This document shows positions 1 through 11,405 of a DNA stretch of 64,000 bases, in pieces. The notes beneath the pieces were generated by a model. That model saw nothing but the letters and a program-made list of their open reading frames with translations, made no database searches and was not told where the DNA came from. The position numbers were made by a program, and so were the translations under genes. Positions within the stretch are counted from its first letter, which is position 1, and every line of letters starts with the position of its first letter. Origin of the DNA: Antedon mediterranea (Eukaryota; Animalia; Echinodermata); contig NC_092673.1 of NCBI RefSeq assembly GCF_964355755.1, positions 10,946,948 through 11,010,947 of the forward strand, read 5' to 3'.

Positions 1-689
1 AAAGGCATATTTTAAACAAATGTTTTAACCTTTTCATAAAAAACGCGCGCAAATTGTCCAATTCGACGTGCTCGTATGACGTATCTTTAAGTCGAAATTG
101 TTTAAAATTTGGTAAAATTACTAGAAAAGGCTGGAAAAATATAAATCACGCGAAAAAAGTACGTTTTCAAGACTACGTGCGCACCGCACACGTAAAAATG
201 TGCGCACGCGTGGGAATTTTTGACATGCTTAAAACGACATGAAACGCGTAGAAAGTTGATTATAAATTAATTTTGCGCATTTTGAAATTTTAAATGCGCG
301 TGCGCGCGTAACTTTGTGTAAAACACGCAATTTTTTTTCAACAGAAAGTTAGCGCATGATATAAATTAAACTTTTGCAAAGTTTCAAGTTGAAATGTTAT
401 TTGGTTGTCGAGCTATGTTAAATACGACAAAATCGTTAAATCGCGCGTAAGTCACGTTGCGCAATTGTAAAAGTCATGAAAAGCTTCGCTTGACGACGTT
501 ACGTAAATGTCAATATATTAAGATAGTTACCGAAATGTTATGTTTGCGAGCTTTAGAGAAAAGCGTTACACAAAAATCATACAGGTTGATTTCGTACAAT
601 CACAAGAGGTTATCCTGCAACTTCGTTGCGGATAACCAAAAAGTAACAGGACAGTTACAAGGAGTTATCCGCTCAATGCGGATAACTAA
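1..689 (-). mobile_element. Partial Helentron/HINE-like copy plus two stacked 5' termini (ending 639 and 689)
   Basis: Body matches the other copies. Hairpins GGTTATCCTGCAAC-ttc-GTTGCGGATAACC and AGTTATCCGC-tcaat-GCGGATAACT. Confidence 0.75.
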
Positions 690-705
690 TAATACAGAAA
701 AAGAA

Positions 706-3700
706 CTAGACATGTAACTCGTCACTTTGACGAGTTAGTTATCCGCACGACAAAGGCCACGTAGACGTCATACGTTAGAATATTGCACACAGAAAAAGAT
801 TATGGCAATATGACCTGAACTGAAGAATATGATATGTTGTTATTGCTGAATTCTGTTATTTTGTGTCATATTATATATACAATATAATCTGTATACATAT
901 TACATACAGTGTAGAATAGGTGAAATGACTGGACCCGCCATTTATTCCAATTTTTAACATAGCGACGGTATCAAAATGAAACACTAAGATAGCAATTTCG
1001 GAAGGAAATTATCTCGGCAATAACATATTAATGTGTAGAAGAAATTTAAATACGTAAAATATTGATGCGCGCTCTTTTAAATGTGATGAATTATGACGCA
1101 AAAGATGAAAATACAACTTTTTTTATTTAACTGGTCATATGATGACGTCACAACATCCGATTGGCAAAATGTTTACATAAATTCGTATCTACAATCCAAT
1201 AGCTTCCAGAAAACGTTTTAATCATGATTATCACGTTTTATTCTGACGAGCTATAACAGATTGAAATTTACTGTAAAGACGAAAATAAGTGACCCATGTT
1301 ATTTACATATTTAGACATGATGACGTCATAAAAATTAAAATATTTTTAACTCATACGAAAGATAGTTGATTGACCTAGATAATATAAAAATCGGGGTAAA
1401 AATGGAAAACAGATAATTGGAGATGCGCTCTATTAAATGTCATGCGCTATGATGAAAGATACAAAAATCCTATATTTTATATTCGCATGGCCATACGGTG
1501 ACGTCACAATGTTCGGTTAGCCATATTAATACATGATCCAAAATCTACAACTCATCAACTTTCAGAATATGCAAAAAAAATTACTTTCACCGTTTAGTTT
1601 AGGAACTACGACTGTTTAAAAAAGGGCATAATTTTGACAAATTTTGACGATTTTTTGAACTTTTTCATAAAAAATGCACGTAAATTATCCAATTCAACGT
1701 GCCCGTATGACGTAATTTTAAGTCGAAATTGTTCAAAAGTTGGTAAAATTACTAGAAAAAGCTGGAAAAACATAAATCACTCGAAAAAAAATTGTTTTCA
1801 ACGCTACGTGCGTACCGCGCGCGTAAAAATTTGAGCGCACGTGGGAATTTTTTACATGCTCTAAATGACATGAAACGCGTAGAAAGTTGATTAGATATTG
1901 ATTTTTCGCATTTTGAAATTTTAAACGCGCTTGCACGCGTAACTTCGTGTGAAACATGCCAATTTTTTTTCACATTCAGTTAGCGCAAAATATCAATTAA
2001 ACTTTTGTTAAGTTTCAATTTAAATTGCTATATGGTTTTCAATCTATGTTAAAAAGGCGAAATTCGTAAAAATGCGCGTAAGTCATGTTGCGCAACTCTG
2101 ACGTCATTCAAAAATAGGAGGTGCACAACTTCACCTGAATGATCTCATGCTGACAAAGTTATAACATGTTATGTTTACACGTTTTTGAGATACGCGAGAC
2201 ACAAAAATAGAGGAGAAAGAAAGAAAAAAAAAACTAGACATGAAACTCGTCACTTTGACGAGTTAGTTATCCGCACGACAAACGCCACGCGCACGTCATA
2301 CGTTGGAATTTTGCACACGGAAAAAGATTATGACATTATGACCTGAACTGAAGAATATCATATGCTGTTAGTGCTGAATTCTGTCAATTTTGTGTCATAT
2401 AGTATATACAGTGCAAACGGTATAATCTGTATACATGTTACATACAGTGTAGAATAGGTGAAATTACGGGTCCCCCCGTTTATACTTATTTTTAACACGG
2501 CTTCGGTATCAAAATAAAACACTAAGATACCAATTTCGGAAGAAAATTATCTCAGCAACAACATATTAACGTGTGGAAGAAATTTGAATACGTAAAATAT
2601 AGATGCGCGCCCTTTTAAATGTGATGAACTATTACGCAAAATATGAAAATACGACTTTTTTTATTCAACTGGCCATATGATGACGTCACAACATCCCATT
2701 GGCAAAATGTTTACATGAATTCGTATCTACAATCCAATAGCTTCCAGAAAACGTTTTAATCATGATTATCACGTTTTATTCTGACGAGCTATAACAGATT
2801 GAAATTTACTGTAAAGATGAAATTAATGCCACACGTAATTTAAATTTTTAGGCTTGATGACATCATAAAAATTAAAATATTTTTAACTCATGCTAATATA
2901 GTTGATTGACCTAGACAATATCAAAATCGGGGTGAAAATGGAAAACAGATAATTGGAGATGCGCTCTATTAAATGTGACGAGCTATGATGAAAGATACAA
3001 AAATTCTATTTTTTATATTCGCATGGCCATACGATGACGTCACAATGTCCGGTAAGCCGTATTGATGCATGATTCATGATCTACAACTCATAATCTTCCA
3101 AAATACGTAATAAAAATAACTTTTACCGTTTAGTTTAGAAACTACGACTGTTTAAAAAAAGGTATAATTTTGACAAATTTTGACAAATTTTTGAACTTTT
3201 TCATCAAAAACGCACATAAATTATCCAATTCGACGTGCCCGTATGACGTAATTTGAAGTCGAAATTGTTTAAAAGTTGGTAAAATTACTAGAAAAGGCTG
3301 AAAAAACATAAATCACGCGAAAAAATCTGTTTTTAACGGTACGTGTGCTCCGCGCGCGTAAAAATTTGCGCGCGCATGGGAATTTTTGACATGCTCAAAA
3401 TGACATGAAACGCGTAGAAAGTTGATTAGAAATTAATTTTGCGCATTTTGAAATTTTAAATGCGCGTACGCGCGTAACTTTTTGTAAAACACGCATTTTT
3501 TTTTCAACAAAAAGTTAGCGCATGATATAAATTAAACTTTTGCAAAGTTTCAATTTAAAATGTTATTTGGTTTTTGACCTATGTTAAATATGTGAAATTC
3601 ATAAAATCGCGCGTAAGTCATGTTGCGCAACTCTGACATAATTCAAAAATAGGAGGTGCACAACTTCACGTGAATGCCCTCATGCTGACAAAGTTATAAC

Positions 3701-3869
3701 ATGTTATGTTTACAAGTTTTTGAGATACGTGAGACACAAAAATGGGGGAGAAGGAAAGAAAAAAAAAAAGTAACAGGACAGTTACAAGGAGTTATCCGCT
3801 CAATGCGGATAACTAAAAAAAAGTAACAGGACAGTTACAAGGAGTTATCCGCTGAGTGCGGATAACTAA
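706..3869 (-). mobile_element. Helentron/HINE-like non-autonomous element (type A) hosting a second copy at 2234-3816
   Basis: CTAG at 706, hairpin ACTCGTCA-CTT-TGACGAGT, subTIR TAGTTATCCGC. Its 5' terminus is displaced to 3817-3869. Confidence 0.75.
2234..3816 (-). mobile_element. Complete Helentron/HINE-like element (type A), nested
   Basis: CTAG at 2234 with 3' hairpin and subTIR; 5' hairpin AGTTATCCGC-tcaat-GCGGATAACTAA ends 3816. Inserted in an A-run (T-run on minus strand), no target duplication. Confidence 0.8.
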
Positions 3870-5194
3870 CTAGATTTGAACTCGTCACTTTGACGAGTTA
3901 GTTATCCGCACGACAAACGGCACGCGCACGTCATACGTTGGAATTTTGCACACGGAAAAAGATTATGGCATTATGACCTGAATTTAAGAATATCATATGC
4001 TGTTAGTGCTGAATTCTGTCAATTTTGTGTCATATAGTATACAGTGCAAACGGTATAATCTGTATACATGTTACATACAGTGTAGAATAGGTGAAATTAC
4101 GGGACCCCACGTTTATTCTTATTTTTAACATGGCGACGGTATCAAAATGAAACACTAAGATAGCAATTTCGGAAAGACATTATCTCAGCAACCACATATT
4201 AATGTGTAGAAGAAATTTGAGTACGTAAAATATAGATGTGCGGCCTTTTAAATGTGATGAACTATTACGCGAAATATGAAAATACGACTTTTTTTATTCA
4301 ACTGGCCACATGATGACGTCACAACATCCGATTGGAAAAATGTTTGACGTCATAAAAATTAAAATATGTTTAACTCAAGTGAAAGATAGTTGATTGACCT
4401 AGATAATATAAAAATCGGGGTGAAAATGGAAAACAGATAATTGGAGATGCGCTCTATTAAATGTGATGAGCTATGATGAAAGATACAAAAATCCTATATT
4501 TTATATTCGCGTGGCCCCACGATGACGTCACAATGTCCGGTTAGCCATATTAATGCATGATCCAATATCTACAATTCATCAACTTCCAGAATATGTAATA
4601 AAAACAACTTTCACCGTTTAGTTTAGGAACTACGACTGTTTAAAAAAAGGCATAATTTTGAAGAATTTTTGAACTTTTTCATCAAAAACCTGGGCAAATT
4701 ATCAAATTCTACGGGCTCATATGACATGATTTTAAGTCGAAATTGTTTAAAAATTGGTAAAATTACTAGAAAAGGCTGGAAAAACTTAAATCGTGAGAAA
4801 AAATTTTTTAAATGCTTAAAATGACATGAAACGCATAGAAAGTTGATTAGAAATTGATTTTTCGCATTTTCAAATTTAAAATGCGCGTGCCATTTTTTTT
4901 CTACATACAGTTAGCGCAAGATATAAATTAAACTTTTGCTAAGTTTCAATTTAAATTGTTGAATGGTTTTTGATCTATGTTAAAAACGCGAAATTCATAA
5001 AAACGCACGTAAGTCACATTGCGCAACTCTGACGTCATTCAAAAATAGGAGGTGCACAACTTCACGTGAATGCCCATATGTCGACAAAGTTATGAAATGT
5101 TATGTTAACACGTTTTAGAGATATGCTCTGCACAAAAAGTGAGAGAGAAAGACCGAAGAATAATGTGAAAAACTAGATTTGAACTCGTCACTTT
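3870..5194 (-). mobile_element. Internally deleted Helentron-like copy followed by a 22-bp stub of another copy (5173-5194)
   Basis: CTAG at 3870 and 5173. The second copy breaks off inside its hairpin. Confidence 0.7.
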
Positions 5195-5432
5195 ATAGAA
5201 AAATAGAAACTTTTTTCAAAAAATTACCATAAATTAAGCTTTTTTGACCCTTGACCTCTAATGTTTGAATATGTCAATATCTCGGTAACTATTTGTTGTC
5301 AAATTGTTTAGAATATACACATTTATATTTGCTCTAACAAAATATTTTGTCAGAATTCAATTGGAAATGTCATTTTGAGCTATGACCCATCGTTTTGCAT
5401 ATAATAGCAATTAATAATCTATAAAAAGAGAT

Positions 5433-5690
5433 CGAGAGAGGGGAGGGGGTTGGGGTGGATGGAGAGACACATATTTTTGTTACATGTTACACAAATGTTA
5501 AACTCTGTCTACACTATAACATTTTTATGCGACAAAAAAATGTGATGTGCCCATATATGGACACGATGAATGACATATCACTACCATATTTGGGCACATC
5601 ACACCTTTTTTGTTAAACTAGTTTATAGTGTAGACAAACATGTAAAAAATATGTGTGTCTCCATCACCCCAACCACCTCCCCCTCTCTCG
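5433..5690. repeat. Imperfect fold-back, arms ~110-125 bp
   Basis: CGAGAGAGGGG...GTGATGTGCCCATATATGG (to 5560) pairs with CCATATTTGGGCACATCAC...CCCCTCTCTCG (from 5584). Confidence 0.8.
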
Positions 5691-6399
5691 CTTTTCCAAT
5701 GCTACTGCATGCATCTATACACATCAAAATGACCGGAATTGTACTGGAAAGTTTTTAGCTACATTTGAAAATAAGTCCCAGAGGATGGGTGTATTGTAAT
5801 GTTATCAGAATTATGGCAATTGTTTGTAGTGGGAAAGTTTTAAAACTACATTTGAAATATTTGCTAATAATATCACATGCTATTAAAGATATACTTATTT
5901 TCCCCCTGACAAAAGTAATTTTGACAAATATTTTGGTTGAATATGCAATTTTAATGTCACACATAATAGTTTCACCAAAAATTGGATTGAAAAAAAATGA
6001 TATAGTGCATACCCAAAAAAACTGTAATTCAAAGCAAAAAATAGGCTGGAAGTCAATAGTGGGGTTCACATGGAACTATGTCTAGAAGAAGTGGATTTAA
6101 CAATTTTCTACTAACTGGACTAACCTTGACAAATCCCGTTCTTTGGTACAATTACCGGTATGTCTAGTTAATTAAATTTCATAAAATCCTGGTATTGGAG
6201 ATTTTAAATGCTATTTTATGTAAAAAAAAAATCATCTATTTCTTTTATTTATCCCGATGTTGTTTACTTTTAACTTCTGATTACAAACAATTGGTCATTT
6301 TACTTTCTGTGTTAAATTTTGTATTCTATTTTTCAGTATAGTAAATATTTTAGGCCTACCATCTTCTAATATCTATTAGACCTCTGTCCTCGTCAGACA

Positions 6400-7650
6400 T
6401 AGTTCATTTAATTTTTTAGGACATTTTATGGGGTACACAATGAAGAATGACCATATTCTTTGCAATTCAAATGTTAAATATGAAAATGAAATGGGTTAAA
6501 AAATTCTTCAATTTCATTGGTGCAAATGAGGCTAAAGGCCACCCGCTGGGTTGTTAATTGGATTACCCTCATAAAATAACTGGCTATCCTTGGATTTACT
6601 TCTAAATCCAAGCAGCAATAATTTTCCAGAAAAAAAACATCATCCGGACATAATTGAGCGTTCACATCCAAATTATGGTGAGATCATGTAGATAATCTAC
6701 TTAAATTAACTAGCCATAGTTCGATGTGAACGCCACTACTGTTTATTTTGTCTTTAAAGTGATATTTACTCTATTTTTTAGATTAGCTCTTTGATTAAAC
6801 ACCTCTTCCAATGCAGTGAAGATCTTAAGTGTCGCCTTACTAATCTTCCTTAACTTCTCTTTGAACGATCGTAATCAATATTTGTTGAGGTATAATATTT
6901 CCCTCTAATATGGTAATGCCTGTTTTATTGAGTCAAATGCTTTCTGATAATCTCTAAATCAAAGATTTGGTGATATTCATTTCCTTTTTATTTTAGTTGA
7001 TTGACAAACTGTATAAGATGGTACTGTATAAAGCCTTATATATTGGTTTATTTACTTCTAGTCGGTCTCTGATTTTGTTTTTTGATTACTTTTGTAAATT
7101 ATGTGTGTACATGTGATAATGTTCGTTTGGTCAGTAATGGTTGATGTCAGTTTTGTCATGTTTTTGTGGATTAAAGTATAATTATCATTGCTTCTCTTAA
7201 TTTCTTCTGGTTTCAAAGATTTTGTTGTATAGTGTTATGAGCTGGATGTGTTATTGCCTCATCAAGCCAAGATGGTAATTTTGACTGCTCACTGGTTTGT
7301 TTTCCTTTTATATTCCACTACAGTATGTTCTTGAAAAGAAATCAGCTTTGTAATTAATTTGTCTTTGATCCTTTTCAGATTTCTAATATTTTAAACATAT
7401 GTTTTTCTTTTCTTCGCTTTTTCCTCACTGTTTAAACATTTTATTTTTTCAGCATACTTCAAGCAATTAATTGATAATTAGGTCATATGTTTTATGAGTA
7501 TCAAATCACATTGGTTAATTATTCTTTTCTTTCTTTAAGATCCTGATATTCTTTCTTTTTTTAAAATGTTATTTAAGTTTTAAGTTTATCTAATTTTTTG
7601 TTGATATTAAGTGTTGCTCTTACGGTGTAGGCCTACCATGCGATGGAATT
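6400..7650 (-). pseudogene. Decayed non-LTR (RTE-like) reverse transcriptase fragment
   Basis: Minus-strand translation gives FRDYQKAFDSIK (~6920-6960), a GDT-like motif (~6830) and LCPDDVFF (degenerate YADD) in ORF 6474-6671. Boundaries approximate. Confidence 0.65.
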
Positions 7651-7783
7651 ATATATTGAAATTAAATTAAACATTAAGTTTTAAGAAAATTGTAAAAGGC
7701 TAAATAGGATATTGAATGTAGTTCTGGTCCATTAAATCTATATTTTAGGTATATTATTATAAGTATGACACACGCACGCTTAA

Positions 7784-8409
7784 AGCCCCATTCCCTACGT
7801 TTTTTAGATCTAATTTAAGATCACAAACTATATTTAATGTAAAAATAATACTATATGGTCCTATTGCAATAACTTTTTTCGTTTTTAAACGGTTAAAAAT
7901 GTGAAAAATAAATCGATTCTAATAATTATAGCGGCCCGCTATAAATCCCAAAATGCATTGCGCGCGGATTGATATTTTTGTTTTTCACCTGTAATTCGCC
8001 CACTTTTCGATCGATCGTGAAGCCAAAACAAATGGAAGACTCCTAACTTTTCAGCGAAAATACCGGGTTTTCCCCAATTTGTATCAACGGAGTCTGGCAA
8101 AAATAGAAAGACAATTAATGCAGCAACTATACAACGTCAGGCTAGGTATATAGCTAGCGTATGATGTTCGTATGTTATCGATGTTTACCAGCTAGGCCTA
8201 CAAAACTAAGCCTAGCTAGGCTAGGCCTAAGACCGTCCACGAGAGGTCGATCGCCGCGAGCTATTTAGGTAGTGCATTGTTTCTCACTTTTTATCATAAT
8301 TTACCATAAAACGTACATTTAAGACAAGGAATGACATGGTTTAATGTTTTTAAAGTGATATATATGTATTATTTTTCAAAAAACGTCCAAAATTGCAGGG
8401 AAGGGGTCT
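7784..8409. mobile_element. MITE with TTAA target duplication (Kolobok-like)
   Basis: TTAA at 7780-7783 and 8410-8413. TIR AGCCCCATTCCCTAC vs AGACCCCTTCCCTGC (12/15). AG start after TTAA. Confidence 0.65.
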
Positions 8410-9050
8410 TTAACAGTATATCCTGGTCATACCTCAAACTGGAATTTCCAGTAAAAATATGATAACATCTTCTATTAGAGCTAATATAAATGTTTACATT
8501 TTGAACATTTTGACACCAAATTGAACTTTTTATGACATTTGGTTACAGAGATACAGACATATTTAAACATTAAAGGTCAAAGGTCAGTAAATGACATTTC
8601 CTGTGGATTTGGAAGAACATGTTTAATTAGAGTATATATAAATATGTATGCTCTTAACAATTTGAAACAAATTTCAAGAAATTTTGACCAGTAGTTATTG
8701 AGATATAGTAAGCCGAGGTCAAAGGTCAAAACATTGAGAAATTACATTTCCGGTCGTTTTTTTGAAAAAAGTTCTATTAGAGCGAATATAAATATGTACC
8801 CTCTGATCTATTTGACATCAATATCATTTCAATTGTCAAACCCGTTGCGGAGATATGGCTGTTTAAGATAGAAATATAAAAATTGAGGTCAGAGGTCACA
8901 GAGGTCAAATCAGATTTCCAGTAACTTTGTTTTGGTATCTCCATATCATGTTCTATCAACATGCCAAAGGGCACACTTGTATCCACTATGGTAACATCAT
9001 TTCCCCTTAGGGACTGGACTATAATATAGTCCAGTTGTTGTAGATATATT

Positions 9051-9924
9051 ATATCTACAACTCATCACCTTCCAGAATATGTAAGTAAAAAAAAGTTTAC
9101 CTCGTAGTTTAGAATCTATGATTGTTTAAAAAAGGGCATAATTTTGACGAATTTTTGAATTATTTCTTTAAAAACACACACAAATTGTATAATTCGACGT
9201 GCTCGTATGACGTAATTTTAAGTCTAAATTGTTTTAAAATTTGATAAAAATACTATAAAAGGCTGGAAAGACATAATTCACGCAAAAAAAGATGTTTTTA
9301 GCGCTACGTGCGGACCACGCGCGTAAAATTGTTCGCGCGCGTGGGAATTTTTGACATGCTCAAAATGTCATTATCAGCGTAAAAGTTGATTAGAAATTAA
9401 TTTTGCGCATTTTAAATTTTAAATGCGCGTGCGCGCGTAACTTCGTTTAAAAAATGCCATTTTTAGTGCACAAAAAGTTAGCGCAAGATATAAATTAAAC
9501 TTTTGCTAAGTTTCAACTTACATAGTTATATGGTTTTCAAAATAGAGGAGAAATGCGCGTGCGCGCGTAACGTCTTGTAAAACATGGCATTTTTAATCCA
9601 CAAAAAGTTTGCCCTTGATATGACTTAAATTTTCAGAAAGTGTCAAAATAAAATTATGCTTGGTTTTTAGCCTATGATCAATCATAAAAAATCATAAAAT
9701 CGCACGTAAGTCACATTGCGCAACTCTGACGTCATTCAAAATAGGAGGTTCTCAACTTCACGTAAATTCCCATATGTTGACAAAGTTATGAAATGTTATG
9801 TTTACAAGTTTTTGAGATACGCGAGACACAAAAATGGAGGAGAAAGAAAGAAGAATAATATAAAGAAAAAAAAAAAGATCCAGGACGATTACAAGGAGTT
9901 ATCCGCTACTAAGCGGATAACTAA
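9051..9924 (-). mobile_element. 3'-truncated Helentron-like copy with intact 5' terminus
   Basis: Body homology from 9051; hairpin AGTTATCCGCT-act-AAGCGGATAACTAA ends 9924. Confidence 0.75.
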
Positions 9925-11405
9925 CTAGACATGAAACTCGTCACTTTGACGAGTTAGTTATCCGCTCGACAAACGCCACGTGCACGTCATACGTTGGAAT
10001 GTTGCACACAGAAAAAGATTATGGCATTATGACCTGAACTGAAGAATATGATATGTTGTTAGTGCTAAATTCTGTCTATTTTTTGTCATATAGTATATAC
10101 ATTTTAAAGTACACAGTATAATCTGTATACACGTAATTTAAATTTTTAGGCATGATGATGTTATAAAAATAAAATATTTTTAACTCATGCATAAGATAGT
10201 TGATTGACCTAGACACTATTAAAATCTCGGAGAAAATGGAATACAGATAAGCGTGATGCGCTCCATTTATTGTGAAGAGCAATAAACGAAAGAGACAAAA
10301 ATCATATATTTTACATTCGTGTGGCCATACGATGATGTCACAATGTCCGGTTAGCCATATTGATTAATGATCCGATATCTACAACTCATCACCTTCCAGA
10401 ATATGTAAGTAAAAAAAAGTTTACCTCGTAGTTTAGAATCTATGATTGTTTAAAAAAAGTCATAATTTTGACGAATTTTTTAATTTTTTCATTAAAAACA
10501 CGCACAAATTGTACAATTCGACGTGCTCGTACGACGTAATTTTAAGTTTAAATTGTTTTAAAATTTGGTAAAATTACTATAAAAGGCTGGAAAAACATAA
10601 TTCACGCAAAAAAAGATGTTTTTAGCGCTACGTGCGGACCACACGTGTAAAATTGTTCGCGCGCGTGGGAATTTTTGACATGCTCAAAATGTCATGATCA
10701 GCGTAGAAAGTTGATTAGAAATTAATTTGCGCATTTTAAATTTTAAATGCGCGTGCGCGCGTAACTTCGTGTAAAACATGCCATTTTTAGTGCACAAAAA
10801 GTTAGCGCAAGATATAAATTAAACTTTTGCTAAGTTTCAACATAAATTGTTATTTGGTTTTCAATCTATGTTAAATACGGGAAATTCATAAAATCACGCG
10901 TAAGTCACGTTACGCATTTCTGACGTCATTCACAATAGTAGGAGCACAACTTCACGTGAATGCCCATATGTTGACAAAGTTATGAAATGTTATGTTTACA
11001 CATTTTTGATATAAGCGAGACACAAAAATAGAGGAGAAATGCGCGTGCGTGCATAACGTCTTGTAAAATATGGCATTTTTAATCCACAAAAAGTTTGCCC
11101 TTGATATGACTTAAATTTTCAGAAAGTGTCAAAACAAAATTATGCTTGGTTTTTAGCCTATGATCAATCATAAAAAATCATAAAATCGCACGTAAGTCAC
11201 GTTGCGCAACTCTGACGTCATTCAAAAATAGGAGGTGCACAACTTCATGTAAATGCCCATATGTTGACAAAGTTATGAAATGTTATGTTTACAAGTTTTT
11301 GAGATACGTGAGACACAAAAACGGAGGAGAAAGAAATAAGAAAAGAAAAAAAAAAAAGTAACAGGACGATTACAAGGAGTTATCCGCTACTAAGCGGATA
11401 ACTAA
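9925..11405 (-). mobile_element. Complete Helentron-like element (type A, deleted subfamily)
   Basis: CTAG at 9925, 5' hairpin ends 11405. Near reverse complement of 50392-51753. Confidence 0.8.

Larger units (their letters stand above)
5195..9023. mobile_element. Old DNA-transposon-like remnant with inverted subterminal repeats (possibly Academ-like; uncertain)
   Basis: 5200-5400 (TTTTGACCCTTGACCTC...) is an imperfect inverted match to 8560-8830 (GAGGTCAAAGGTCAAAA). The right end reads TAGTCCAGTCCCTAAGGGG on the minus strand; the left terminus is missing. Confidence 0.35.

Noticed and set aside
716-736. Rho-independent terminators at the hairpins
   Set aside because: Context is eukaryotic (spliced exon, LINEs, LTR elements); the hairpins are element termini.
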